Both the position numbers and the translations under genes were made by a program. A DNA stretch of 64,000 bases from Gammaproteobacteria bacterium (GTDB lineage: Bacteria; Pseudomonadota; Gammaproteobacteria; JBCCGL01). Where the stretch lies: positions 3,424,001 through 3,488,000 of the forward strand of contig OZ255836.1 in NCBI GenBank assembly GCA_965277715.1, written 5' to 3'. The notes under the pieces are model-generated. The model had not been told where the DNA came from. It saw only the letters and a program-made list of their open reading frames with translations, and searched no databases. This document shows, piece after piece, positions 12,681 through 22,776 of this stretch (within the stretch, counting starts at the first letter, position 1; every line of letters starts with the position of its first letter).

Positions 12681-13673
12681 ATGAGTCGCATTAGCCCTAA
12701 AAAAGCCATCGGTGTCGGCCTTTTTTTGCTGATTGTATTGGTTGCCATTCCCGCTTTAATAAACGCCACCGGGCGGTGGGATCTTTATTACACACTCACC
12801 TCTGTGGCGCTGTTGAGTATTGCCAGCGCCGGTGTGTGGCTGACATTTTATATCGGTCGTATCAACATCGGGCAGGGTGCTTTTGCGTTAACCGGCGGCT
12901 ACGTCTCTGCGGTGTTGGTGGTCAATTACGGCGTGTCGTTCTGGTGGACGATACCGTTGTCAGGCTTGTTTTGTGCACTGGTTAGCGTGTTGATTGGTTT
13001 GCCTATTTTGCGCTTGCGTGGCGTTTATTTTGCGATGATCACACTGGTGCTGACCGAAGTGGCAAAGTTGACCGCGCTGGCACTGCCAATCACCAACGGC
13101 GCCAGTGGCATGGTCAATATTCCGCTGCCCGGCGCAGTAACACTGTTTGGTTTTACCTTAATTCCTGATTTCGCTACCTTGGAAAATGTTAAGCCAGCCT
13201 TTTATTACCTGTCGGTTGTGCTGATGCTGCTGTGTTTCGCAGGTATGTACCGGCTGGTGCATTCGCGCATTGGCCAACTGTGCCAGTCCCTGCAACAAAA
13301 CGAAGAGCTGGCGTCGTCGATAGGGGTCAACATTACCTGGCTGCGCGTCATCGCCTATGCAATTTCATCGTTTCTTGGTGGCGTTGGCGGTGCGATTTTT
13401 GTCGCGATTTCCCAGTCGGTATACCCGTCAAGCTTTGCGGTGACCGACTCGATCAATTTTATGTTGAACTGTTTCCTCGGTGGCCTGGGGTATGTTTTGG
13501 GGCCAATGTTGGGCACCTTTGTTTTGTATTTCGGTTGGGACTGGCTATTTCTTACCGGTAAATGGCAGCTACTTATTTTCTCCACTGTACTTATCGTGTT
13601 AATGCTGTTATTGCCAAATGGTTTGTTAAGTATTCGCCCATCCCTGTTTAAGCGGGGTCACCGCGATGAGTGA
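12681..13673 (+). CDS. ABC transporter permease, LivM type
   Basis: LRLRGVYFAMITL, LGGLG...GP, LPNGL. Confidence 0.9.
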   Translation: MSRISPKKAIGVGLFLLIVLVAIPALINATGRWDLYYTLTSVALLSIASAGVWLTFYIGRINIGQGAFALTGGYVSAVLVVNYGVSFWWTIPLSGLFCALVSVLIGLPILRLRGVYFAMITLVLTEVAKLTALALPITNGASGMVNIPLPGAVTLFGFTLIPDFATLENVKPAFYYLSVVLMLLCFAGMYRLVHSRIGQLCQSLQQNEELASSIGVNITWLRVIAYAISSFLGGVGGAIFVAISQSVYPSSFAVTDSINFMLNCFLGGLGYVLGPMLGTFVLYFGWDWLFLTGKWQLLIFSTVLIVLMLLLPNGLLSIRPSLFKRGHRDE

Positions 13674-14445
13674 CCTGCTACAGATTAACAGTATAACCAA
13701 ACGCTTTGGTGGCTTAACGGCCAACAGTGATATTTCGTTTTCGGTCAAACAAAACGAAATCGTTTCTGTGATTGGCCCAAACGGCGCGGGCAAATCGACG
13801 CTATTTAAATTAATCGCATCATTTTTAAAACCGACAAGTGGCGAGGTTATTTTTAAGGGTGAGCGTATTTCCAACCTGGCCCCGCATATTGTGGCGCGTA
13901 AAGGTGTAGTGCGCACATTTCAGGAAACCACCATTTTTAAAGGGATGAGCGTTCGGCAAAATATTGTTATCGCGCACCACTTGCGCTCAAAGGCGAACTT
14001 ACTGGGTTATTTCCTCGGTACGCCCATCGCCCGCCGCGATGAACAACAGTTTGGTGAATCGGCAGACGAGATTCTTGCAAGCCTTGATCTGGCGGGCTAT
14101 CGCGATGAAGTCGCCAGCAACCTCCCCCACGGGCATTTGCGTGCCCTGGGTATTGCTATTGGCCTGGCCACGAATCCGCAAGTCATTTTGCTCGATGAAC
14201 CCTTTGCCGGTATGAACCACGACGAAACCATGCGTGCGGTACAAATGGTGCGCGGGGTGCGTGACAGAGGGGTGACCGTGCTACTGGTTGAGCACGATAT
14301 GAAAGCGGTGATGAGCATATCGGATCGCATTATTGTGCTGAATTTTGGTGAGAGGATTGCCGAGGGCACGCCCGCCGCTATTCAGGGTAATGAACAAGTA
14401 ATTGAAGCGTATCTAGGTGTAGAAGACGAAACGATTGGGATGTAG
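13666..14445 (+). CDS. ABC transporter ATPase, LivG type
   Basis: KRFGGL, GPNGAGKST, LLDEPFAG, VIEAYLG. Confidence 0.92.
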   Translation: MSDLLQINSITKRFGGLTANSDISFSVKQNEIVSVIGPNGAGKSTLFKLIASFLKPTSGEVIFKGERISNLAPHIVARKGVVRTFQETTIFKGMSVRQNIVIAHHLRSKANLLGYFLGTPIARRDEQQFGESADEILASLDLAGYRDEVASNLPHGHLRALGIAIGLATNPQVILLDEPFAGMNHDETMRAVQMVRGVRDRGVTVLLVEHDMKAVMSISDRIIVLNFGERIAEGTPAAIQGNEQVIEAYLGVEDETIGM

Positions 14446-14448
14446 ATA

Positions 14449-15171
14449 ATGGGTCAATTGCTAAATTTTTCTAACGTCGAACTCTATTACGATCACGTCT
14501 ATGCACTACGCGGCGTATCACTGCAGGTAAACGAAGGTGAGACCGTCGCATTAATCGGTGCCAACGGTGCGGGCAAGTCATCTATTTTGCGGGCCATCAC
14601 CGGATTACACCCGATCAGCAAAGGTGAAATCAGCTACCAGGGCAATCGTATCGATAATAGCAATGCCGCAGAGCTGGTTAATAAGGGCATTTCAATGGTG
14701 CCGGAGGGGCGTCGCGTTTTCCCGTTTATGTCGGTAAAAGATAACCTTTTAATGGGGGCGTTTACGCGCAGTGACAAAAAAGAAATCGCCCATTCTCTGG
14801 CGCGTGTGCTGGAGCGGTTTCCACGCTTAAAAGAGCGGTTCTCGCAGGCGGCAGGCACCCTCAGCGGCGGCGAACAACAGATGATGGTGATCGGTCGGGC
14901 GCTGATGTCCAGGCCGCGCCTGTTGCTGCTGGATGAGCCATCCTTAGGCATTGCGCCCAAACTAGTGCAGGACATTGCGCGTTCTATCGTTGCGATTAAT
15001 CGCGATGAAAAAGTCAGCGTATTGTTGGTTGAACAAAATTCCCGTATGGCGCTGCGAATCTCGCACCGCGCTTATGCCATCAGCACCGGCGAGATTGCTA
15101 TTGAAGGCAACTCGGCTGAATTGCGTGACGATGAACGCATTCAAAAAATGTACCTCGGCGCAGAAATTTAG
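14449..15171 (+). CDS. ABC transporter ATPase, LivF type
   Basis: GANGAGKS, PEGRRVF, LSGGEQQM, LLDEPSLG. Confidence 0.92.
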   Translation: MGQLLNFSNVELYYDHVYALRGVSLQVNEGETVALIGANGAGKSSILRAITGLHPISKGEISYQGNRIDNSNAAELVNKGISMVPEGRRVFPFMSVKDNLLMGAFTRSDKKEIAHSLARVLERFPRLKERFSQAAGTLSGGEQQMMVIGRALMSRPRLLLLDEPSLGIAPKLVQDIARSIVAINRDEKVSVLLVEQNSRMALRISHRAYAISTGEIAIEGNSAELRDDERIQKMYLGAEI

Positions 15172-15183
15172 GGTGGCAAACAG

Positions 15184-15882
15184 ATGAAAATAGCGCTGAT
15201 TAACCCTAATTCCACTGCATCAATGACCGAAAAGGCACGGATCAGCGCACAACAGGTCGCCTCTGTAGGCACAACCATTATCGCCAGTAACCCTGGCAAT
15301 ACCCCAAAGAGCATTGAAGGGCATTATGACGAGGCAATGTGCCTGAGCGGTTTGCTGGGTGAAGTGGTAATGGCTAAAAAAAATGGCTGTGATGGGTTGG
15401 TCATCGCCTGCTTTGATGATCCGGGGCTAGGCGCCTGCCGTGAAGTACTCGACGGCCCAGTGATGGGGATTTGCGAGGCGGCGATGCACGCAGCGAGCAT
15501 TATCTCGACCAGCTTTTCAGTCGTGACGACATTACCGCGCTCTACACCCATTATCGAATCACTCGCGCATCGATACGGTATGTCACATTTTTGCCGTCGT
15601 GTGCGTGCAGCAGACTTGCCGGTGCTGGCGTTGGAAGAAGCGGGGAGTAGCGCACGGGAAAAAATACGCGATGAGATAATTCGCGCAGTGAAAGAAGATG
15701 GCAGCGAATCGGTAATTCTCGGTTGCGCGGGCATGGCAGACTTAACCGAGTGGCTATCGGAGCAGGCGGGCGTGCCCGTTATCGATGGCGTGGTAGTGGC
15801 CACCAAGATGGTCGAAGCGTTGATCGGCGCGAAACTCAGCACCAGTAAAATCGGTGCATATGCAGCGCCGCGTGTAAAATAA
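15184..15882 (+). CDS. Asp/Glu/hydantoin racemase family, probable allantoin racemase
   Basis: INPNST.SMT, ACFDDPG, LGCAGM (two catalytic Cys); adjacent to puuE. Confidence 0.85.
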   Translation: MKIALINPNSTASMTEKARISAQQVASVGTTIIASNPGNTPKSIEGHYDEAMCLSGLLGEVVMAKKNGCDGLVIACFDDPGLGACREVLDGPVMGICEAAMHAASIISTSFSVVTTLPRSTPIIESLAHRYGMSHFCRRVRAADLPVLALEEAGSSAREKIRDEIIRAVKEDGSESVILGCAGMADLTEWLSEQAGVPVIDGVVVATKMVEALIGAKLSTSKIGAYAAPRVK

Positions 15883-15886
15883 ACGC

Positions 15887-15933
15887 TTTAACCTAAATTC
15901 CGCAGTAGATTCAACTGCGGAATTTAGGTTAAA
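15887..15933. repeat. perfect 20-bp inverted repeat (collapsed MITE-like element)
   Basis: TTTAACCTAAATTCCGCAGT-AGATTCA-ACTGCGGAATTTAGGTTAAA; 21 nt (15908-15928) recur exactly at 39551-39571. Confidence 0.8.
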
Positions 15934-15950
15934 CAATACTGGAATTAAAA

Positions 15951-16862
15951 ATGTCAGCGTCTGATAACTACCCACGCGATATGGTGGGCTACGGCGAAAC
16001 AGTGCCCCATGCAAAATGGCCAGAGAAAGCGCGTATCGCCGTGCAGTTTGTAATTAACTACGAAGAAGGTGGTGAGAACTGTGTGTTGCACGGTGATGCT
16101 GCCTCGGAGCGGTTTCTCTCTGAAATTGTGGGTGCAGAATCGTATGAAAATATGCGTCATATCAATATGGAATCGATTTACGAATACGGTAGTCGTGCGG
16201 GTTTTTGGCGCCTGCACCGATTGTTTACCGAGCGGCAGATACCCGTAACGGTTTATGGCGTGGCGATGGCACTTGCGCGCAACCCGGAAGCCGTTTCCGC
16301 GATGCAAAAGGCCGGGTGGGAAATTGCCAGCCACGGTTATCGGTGGATCGACTATCAGCACATCCCTGAAGTGGTCGAACGCGAACACTTGCAAAAAGCC
16401 ATTGATATTCACACACGCGTAACCGGCGAACGGCCCCTAGGTTTCTATCTCGGTCGCGCCAGCCCCAATACCAATAAAATTGTCGCCGAAGAAGGTGGGT
16501 TTATTTATCACGCGGATAGTTACGCGGACGACTTGCCGTATTGGTCACGGGCGTTTGCCAAGCCACAATTGATCGTGCCCTATACACTCGATGCCAACGA
16601 TATGCGCTTTGCAACCCCGCAGGGTTTTAATAGCGGCGATCAGTTTTTTGCCTATTTAAAAGACACCTTCGATATGCTTTATGAAGAAGGGGAGGCTGCG
16701 CCAAAAATGATGTCGGTTGGTTTGCATTGCCGCCTGGTTGGCAGGCCGGGAAGGGCGGCGGCGCTAAAACGATTCTTGGATTATGTGCAAAGTAAAGAGC
16801 GTGTCTGGTTGGCGCGGCGGGTTGAGATTGCTAAGCATTGGATTGCAGCACATCCTGTGTGA
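15951..16862 (+). CDS. puuE: allantoinase PuuE (polysaccharide deacetylase fold)
   Basis: YPRDMVGYG, NYEEGGENCVLHGD, ESIYEYGSRAGFWR, PYTLDANDMRF, GLHCRLVGRPGR. Confidence 0.95.
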   Translation: MSASDNYPRDMVGYGETVPHAKWPEKARIAVQFVINYEEGGENCVLHGDAASERFLSEIVGAESYENMRHINMESIYEYGSRAGFWRLHRLFTERQIPVTVYGVAMALARNPEAVSAMQKAGWEIASHGYRWIDYQHIPEVVEREHLQKAIDIHTRVTGERPLGFYLGRASPNTNKIVAEEGGFIYHADSYADDLPYWSRAFAKPQLIVPYTLDANDMRFATPQGFNSGDQFFAYLKDTFDMLYEEGEAAPKMMSVGLHCRLVGRPGRAAALKRFLDYVQSKERVWLARRVEIAKHWIAAHPV

Positions 16863-16919
16863 GTGTTTTTTGGTGCATGTAATGCCGGAAGGTGTCAACC
16901 TGTTTCAAGCCACAGTTAC

Positions 16920-17999
16920 TCAAGTTACCATATATTTAGCCCGATTTAGTGTTGGGAAGTTGACGGGTGCATCGTGATCTATATTACCCAGTTCATCGCG
17001 CACGGGATTAATGTAGACCTTCGCAGGCGGCATCCTGACAACAGGCCGCTGATTGACAAATCGCTCTGCATGTTGGACATACTTTTCATTGAGTGCCTGC
17101 TGACGAACCTCACTGAGTGGTATGTACTGCCCAGTAAACACCTGACAAGGTGTGAAGCCCTCCAACGCACTGTGACAGTGCTGATGGTTATACCAATCAA
17201 TATACTCAGTGCACCATCCATTGGCATGGCTATAGCTATCAAAGCGACGCGGGTAGTCAGGCTGATACTTCAGTGTTCGAAATTGGCTTTCACTATGAGG
17301 ATTGTCATTACTCACGCGGGGTCTGCTGTGGCTAGCGGTGACCGCCAACTCGCCCAGTAAGTCAAGGTAGCAATGTGCGGTCATCGGTGCCCCTCGATCC
17401 TGATGCAGCGTCAGCTGGTCGGGTCTAATCGCGTAACGTGTACTGGCCTCCTGAATGAGCTGCTGTGCCAGTGCACTGTTTTCTTTATGGGAAAGCATCC
17501 AGGCCACGATGTAGCGACTGAATAAATCCATCACCACATAGAGCGATAAATAAACGCCGCGCTTAACGGTGGCCAATTTTGTAATATCCCATGTCCAGAC
17601 CTCATTAGGCTGACTGGCCGAAAGCCTTGGCACTGCGTTGGTTTGCCCAGGACGCTGTTTTCGGCGTTCCCCCGACTGATCGGACTGACGCAGCAGGCGG
17701 TGCATGGTGCTGATGGAGCAGAGGTAAATACGGCGACTCAGCAAGGTATGGTAAACCTGCGCCGGTGGTTGATCATAGAACGCTTCACTATTGAGCGTAT
17801 TCAATACCACAGAGCATTCTTCTTCACTCAGTTGGCGTGGCTGATGGCAAGTGATTCGCACGGTTCCTGCTGGTTTGGGAGGGCCACAGAAATGGCGGCG
17901 GCTTTGCTTGGCCCGGACGTGTGACCGTGACAATGCCAATACCTTACAAGCCAGACGTTGGGACACTGAGGGTGGGCGGTCAGTCAACGCGGTATTCAC
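16920..17999 (-). CDS. IS3-family transposase OrfB (integrase core, DDE)
   Basis: PNEVWTWDIT, DLFSRYIVAW, HQDRG, DNPHSESQF. Confidence 0.92.
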   Translation of the reverse strand: MNTALTDRPPSVSQRLACKVLALSRSHVRAKQSRRHFCGPPKPAGTVRITCHQPRQLSEEECSVVLNTLNSEAFYDQPPAQVYHTLLSRRIYLCSISTMHRLLRQSDQSGERRKQRPGQTNAVPRLSASQPNEVWTWDITKLATVKRGVYLSLYVVMDLFSRYIVAWMLSHKENSALAQQLIQEASTRYAIRPDQLTLHQDRGAPMTAHCYLDLLGELAVTASHSRPRVSNDNPHSESQFRTLKYQPDYPRRFDSYSHANGWCTEYIDWYNHQHCHSALEGFTPCQVFTGQYIPLSEVRQQALNEKYVQHAERFVNQRPVVRMPPAKVYINPVRDELGNIDHDAPVNFPTLNRAKYMVT

Positions 18000-18409
18000 T
18001 GCTCGATCCCGCTGTTCAATCGGTCGAGCATCGCCAAGGCTTTTTTTTGGAGTTCCAGACAGTCATCCTTAAGGGCGATTTGTTTTTCCAGACGGTTTAC
18101 TTGTTTTTCAAGCTGCGCTATCCGGCGCTGCTCAGACGTCATTTGCGGTGCAGGGCCGGGCGCGCTTTTTGATAGCCCTGACAAACCGCCTTCGGCCAGT
18201 TCTCTTCGCCACTGAGACAATTGATTGGAGTAAAGCTTCTCACGGCGTAGCAAAGCGCCAAGCTGTCCATGCTGGCAAGCATCAGCTTGATTGATCATCT
18301 TTAGCTTATAGGCTGCTGTAAAAGTGCGGCGAGTCTTTTTCTCAAGTGTCCGATCAGGCTTGATCTCACATGACTCAGGTTGTGGTTTATCTAACATTGG
18401 TTTTGGCAT
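17996..18409 (-). CDS. IS3-family OrfA (HTH)
   Basis: RRTFTAAYKL, GALLRREKLYSNQLSQWR; A8G slippery run at 18048-18040 with the -1 frame open into orfB. Confidence 0.85.
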   Translation of the reverse strand: MPKPMLDKPQPESCEIKPDRTLEKKTRRTFTAAYKLKMINQADACQHGQLGALLRREKLYSNQLSQWRRELAEGGLSGLSKSAPGPAPQMTSEQRRIAQLEKQVNRLEKQIALKDDCLELQKKALAMLDRLNSGIEQ

Positions 18410-18612
18410 TGTTCTCACTCTCGATAGCTGCCCTGATTTAGATGTTAACTTAAATCATAGTGGCTTGAGGTGAGGTTGACACACAGGGATGCACCTCTGA
18501 AATCATAAGTGAGAGAGGGCAGTTATTATATAAAGAGGCGTAAAAGCAATCTAAAAATTAAAAATAATATTTAGATTAACCGATCCTGGCTTTTTTATGC
18601 AGTCACCAAAAT

Positions 18613-18876
18613 CTATTGTTTAGCGCAAGATCCACCAAGTTCTTTTTTAAGGCTACTACACGAAGAGCGTGCATATCCACAACGACTTGTACCATTGAGT
18701 ATATGACAGTAGGTGTTTTTGGATATGTTGTTCTTTGGCTTATGACAGTGATAGTTGCTTGTTTTCCGGTTGGTATGGCACCCAGAGTCATTGGTTCTAC
18801 CGGAGTGGCCATAGCTTGAAACAGAAAAACTGACAAATAGCAGAAGAGATAGAACCAGGATAGTTTTTCCGAACAT
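18613..18876 (-). CDS. small secreted YHYH-domain protein
   Basis: signal peptide then HSGRTNDSGCH...YHCH. Confidence 0.8.
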   Translation of the reverse strand: MFGKTILVLSLLLFVSFSVSSYGHSGRTNDSGCHTNRKTSNYHCHKPKNNISKNTYCHILNGTSRCGYARSSCSSLKKELGGSCAKQ

Positions 18877-19070
18877 AGGAACCTAAAATAGTCAAAAGAA
18901 GTTACAAAGCTCTCTATTTCAGCAGCTCTGCGTTTATCGCCCGCGTCGCTGTCGATAAACGATTATTATGACGACGAGCACCCGGCAGGCGAGCGCCATC
19001 GTATGTTCCACTGGATAGCAATGCACCCAGTCTGTTAGCTTGGGGTATTCTATTTTTTAAACTTGAACTA

Positions 19071-19832
19071 TCAATTGTAGTGCAATTGTCCTGATACCAG
19101 GAGCGTAATGAAATTCACGTCCCAGAAACTTTGTTGGTAGCGTTTCATTACCAATTGCATATTGTTGTTAACATTAAATCCATGTGCATGTTTGACACTT
19201 GATAACTTTGCACCGGTATTGGTTTTTTCTGCCAGAATGGCTCCCGATCGGTCGGTGATGGCGATTGAATATTGCTCTAACATACTGCTGGGTAAAGCAT
19301 TCTCCAATAAGCGTTGGCAGGAATAAGCGCCTGCAAACAGGCCATCAAAGGCACCGTTGTCGTACACGGGCGCCCACACTTGAAATGAACAATCGCCCTG
19401 GATGGCTTCAAATGCGTTCGTATATTGAGGCGTTTTTGTTTTTTCTGCCAGCTTGGAAACGCGAGTGGGTTCAGGAAGGTCGAGATACAAACCAATAGCC
19501 TGGCTGTTTCCCCGCAGCGGAGAAACACCGCGAATATAACGCGCTGCATCAACCCAGGTAAAATTGATAAGTTCCGGGTGTTGCTGCAAATAGGGCAGGG
19601 ATTGGTCTTCAAAGTCCGCTGTTGAAATTTCCTTGCGAACCCGCATCTGGCTGAGTAGTTGAATATAGTCTTCGTTTCCGGACAGACGGTTCTCGATGTT
19701 TAGTACAGATTCCTTGACGGCCGTTTCTAATGCCAGTTTTTGCTCAGCCTGGATAGTCATCCAAAGATAAGATGGTAAACCGAAAAACGCTATAAGAAAT
19801 AACGCAAGAACTACACGAAGGTGCCTAAACAT
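19071..19832 (-). pseudogene. CHASE-type periplasmic sensor, truncated (no cytoplasmic output domain)
   Basis: TM helix, P..GN.QAIGL.L, F..IQG, PVY...F.G; stops within the second TM. Confidence 0.55.
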
Positions 19833-20083
19833 TAGTTGCCTACCTGTTTAAAGGTTTTTTTTCAGTTTCATTACAGCTTCATTAAAAGGGTTTTAGTTTT
19901 TCCAAAAATGCCTAATTAAAATCATCAATAAGAAGTGTAGTTCACCAAAGAAGATATTTCTGAGAATAGAGCGTAATCTTTGGTGATATTTTTCACGATA
20001 GTATTAAAGCATTAGCAAATGTAATGCCAGGAAAATACATTTTTTATCAGAATCGAGTGGTGAAATGACTTAAATCAGTCTTT

Positions 20084-20119
20084 CCCTCGCTACGAGTGTC
20101 TAAACCCGACAGGCTCCTG
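20084..20119. repeat. MITE-like terminal repeat
   Basis: CCCTCGCTACGA..GTCTAAACCCGACAGGCTCCTG; near-copies at 49638-49659 and (inverted) 9519-9540. Confidence 0.6.
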
Positions 20120-20141
20120 GTTTTTTTGGTGGTCAATGCAA

Positions 20142-20915
20142 TTAAAATAAAACCGCTGCCTTTTCCCCTACCAGCACCCGTTCCCACAGGGGTGTCCAAT
20201 AAATCCACTTATGCTCCCCGGCATTGGTAAATACCTGATTTTCCGGTAATTGCGCCGCCAACTGCCCGGCGGGCGCGGCTATCCTGTCCTGTTTTCCATA
20301 AGCCAGAATAATAGGGTGTTTATATTTGCCGGGGGTGAGAAATGCATCAATCCAAAACCACGGTTGTTGATCGATATCCGGCTTGCCATCAAATGTTTCA
20401 ACCCAGCCGCGAATCCCCCCGTGGTGGCGAATTTCCTCTATTGCATCGGCGTCTCCCAGATACGGGGCAAACAGCACTACGGTATCGATATATTCAGATA
20501 ACTGGTAGGTGGCCCACAAGGCACCGTAGCCGCCCAATGAAACCCCGACTATCGTTATTTTTTTATAACCACGCGCTACCGCCGGGGCAATCACATCCTG
20601 ATAAAGACGCTCGACCAGTATTTGTTTTTTAAAATAACCAATATGCGAACCGACTGCCACGCTGTCCACCTGTGGGTGGTGTTGGTTGAGCAAACGGATA
20701 AACCCGCGCTGCTCAAATTCTTCCGGGCCATCGTAGTACCCAGGCAAAAACACAATCAGCGATTCCCCCGTACTGTCCGGGCCAGGGTAGTGGATTGTCG
20801 GGATCGGTGTGCTGGTGGTACGCAACAGACCACAACCACTTATCAACAGCACGCCAAGTACCAAAAATACTGTGCGCTGCACGCTGTCAATCACTGTATT
20901 TCGTTTATTTCGCAC
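20142..20915 (-). CDS. alpha/beta-hydrolase lipoprotein
   Basis: lipobox LISGC, GVSLGG nucleophile elbow, D..., GEH.W. Confidence 0.85.
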   Translation of the reverse strand: MRNKRNTVIDSVQRTVFLVLGVLLISGCGLLRTTSTPIPTIHYPGPDSTGESLIVFLPGYYDGPEEFEQRGFIRLLNQHHPQVDSVAVGSHIGYFKKQILVERLYQDVIAPAVARGYKKITIVGVSLGGYGALWATYQLSEYIDTVVLFAPYLGDADAIEEIRHHGGIRGWVETFDGKPDIDQQPWFWIDAFLTPGKYKHPIILAYGKQDRIAAPAGQLAAQLPENQVFTNAGEHKWIYWTPLWERVLVGEKAAVLF

Positions 20916-20955
20916 AACGGATTATCCTGTGTCTCGTTTCTGGGAGTGTGTCGCT

Positions 20956-21393
20956 TTACGCTAAATTAATCAGGCGGTTGAGGCAGTCGAGATAGGCCGC
21001 ATCATCCGGCTGGGCTTTATCGCGCTGCGCCCGCCACAATACCTCACCGAGGCATTCAAACATTTTGTGTTCAACCTGATGACCATCCTGGTATTTTAGT
21101 AGCAGGGAGCGGGTTATGTCGGCGATCCCCGCTGGCCGGTCAGTGCCGACCTGTTCGCGCAGCGCGACGTGCATGCTCATATGCAGCCAGGGGTTGATTT
21201 GCCCGTCTTCAGGGGTGAAGTCATCGTCCAGCCCGCTTTCACCATTGGTAAACAGGTAGTGGTATTCCGGATGTTCTTTGATTACGTCAGCAATCAAGAC
21301 CTCCAGCGGTTCCAGTAGTTCACCCGCCAGGGCTTTCCGGTAGGTTTCAGCGTAGAAGTTACGCAGGCGAATACGGTCTTGGGTAAAAAACAC
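20956..21393 (-). CDS. DUF1841 family protein
   Basis: HPEYH, GQINPWLHMSMH.ALREQV.TDRP.GI; GTG start at 21393. Confidence 0.85.
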   Translation of the reverse strand: MFFTQDRIRLRNFYAETYRKALAGELLEPLEVLIADVIKEHPEYHYLFTNGESGLDDDFTPEDGQINPWLHMSMHVALREQVGTDRPAGIADITRSLLLKYQDGHQVEHKMFECLGEVLWRAQRDKAQPDDAAYLDCLNRLINLA

Positions 21394-21407
21394 AGGGGTT
21401 GTCCGCG

Positions 21408-22103
21408 CTAGGCGCTCAATGGGTTGTTGGGTGAATGCATTGTATTGGCCGTTTGCAGGCGGCGCTGGGTACATTTTGCATCAATCAGGTTTTTTACCAC
21501 CAATAGCAGACCCAAGGCAAAAAAAGCCCCCGGCGGTAAGATGGCCAGTAGAAACCCCCGGTAGTCATCGACCACGACCAGTGTCATGGCGTAACCGGCC
21601 TCACCCAGCATCAGGTGGGCGTTGGCAAATAAAGTGCCCTGGCCAATGATTTCCCGCAGGCCACCGAGCACTACCAGTAACAGGGTAAAGCCCATGCCCA
21701 TCGCCAGTGCGTCGATCATCGCCAGGCCGACGGTGTTGCGCGAGGCAAAGGCTTCAGCACGGCCGATAATGGCGCAGTTGGTGACGATAAGCGGGATAAA
21801 AATGCCGAGTACGCTGTACAGTTCGTGAAACCAGGCATTCATCGCCAGCTCGATGGTGGTAACGCTGGCGGCGATGATGACGACAAATACCGGAATGCGC
21901 ACTTCCGGGCGCAGCCAGTGGCGAATCGCAGAGACCAGGGTGTTCGATGCCAGCAGGGTCAGCAGGGTCGCCAGCCCCAGCCCCAGGCCGTTGACAACGC
22001 TGCCGGATACCGCCAGTAGGGGGCATAAACCCAGCAGTTGCACCAGCCCGGCGTTGTTGGTCCACAGGCCCTCTTTAATCAGTTGTGTGGTGGTACTACT
22101 CAC
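21408..22103 (-). CDS. rnfE: Rnf/Rsx electron transport complex subunit E
   Basis: [29 protein letters not shown]; GTG start at 22103. Confidence 0.95.
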   Translation of the reverse strand: MSSTTTQLIKEGLWTNNAGLVQLLGLCPLLAVSGSVVNGLGLGLATLLTLLASNTLVSAIRHWLRPEVRIPVFVVIIAASVTTIELAMNAWFHELYSVLGIFIPLIVTNCAIIGRAEAFASRNTVGLAMIDALAMGMGFTLLLVVLGGLREIIGQGTLFANAHLMLGEAGYAMTLVVVDDYRGFLLAILPPGAFFALGLLLVVKNLIDAKCTQRRLQTANTMHSPNNPLSA

Positions 22104-22773
22104 TGTGTTGTTCCCCCGCCTTGTCTGCCTGCCCGGCAAACAGTGCCTGCCGATGTCTCTGATAGTACTGCAATGCTTTGTGTACTGCCGTGACGACAGC
22201 ACGCGGGGTGATGGTCGCACCGGTAAACTGGTCAAATTCGCCACCGTCTTTTTTTACCCGCCAGGCGGGTGCCGCCGGGTTTTCCAGTGATTTCCCCGCA
22301 AATGTGGTGATCCAGGTAGAGCGGCTTATTTCGATGGCATCACCCAGGCCAGGGGTTTCGCGGTGGGCGGTCACCCGCACACCGGCAATACGGCCATCGT
22401 GATTGATACCGACCAGTAACTTGATCGCGCCACTGTAGCCATCAGGCGCCACCGGGGTGATGAGTACTGCTACGGGCAGTCCGTTTTTGCGCGCCCGGTA
22501 CACGGTGACCGGCGCTTGTGTTCCCAGCAGCGCGCTGTCGGTGACGGTAATGGTGTCGCTGTCCAGCGCATTGTCGTAGCGCGACGGGTCGACCAGTTCA
22601 CTGAGGGCTTTGAGTCGCTGTGCTTTTTCATTGGCGACAATGCGCTCAGCGGTTTGCTGGTGGGTGAAAGCGACCAGGCCGGTGCCGATTAAGGCAAATC
22701 CGCCCAGCACCCACGCGCTGATGATGATCGAGCGCAAGACTGGGTTGGCGGCTGACAAGGTCGGGGGCGACAT
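22096..22773 (-). CDS. rnfG: Rnf subunit G
   Basis: [27 protein letters not shown] (FMN-Thr). Confidence 0.95.
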   Translation of the reverse strand: MSPPTLSAANPVLRSIIISAWVLGGFALIGTGLVAFTHQQTAERIVANEKAQRLKALSELVDPSRYDNALDSDTITVTDSALLGTQAPVTVYRARKNGLPVAVLITPVAPDGYSGAIKLLVGINHDGRIAGVRVTAHRETPGLGDAIEISRSTWITTFAGKSLENPAAPAWRVKKDGGEFDQFTGATITPRAVVTAVHKALQYYQRHRQALFAGQADKAGEQHSE

Positions 22774-22776
22774 GGA

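Larger units (their letters stand above)
16885..18488 (-). mobile_element. IS3-like insertion sequence (orfA + DDE orfB)
   Basis: imperfect IRs TGTCAACCT..TCAAGCCAC (16893-16913 / 18460-18481); ATG direct repeats at 16882-84 and 18489-91. Confidence 0.85.
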
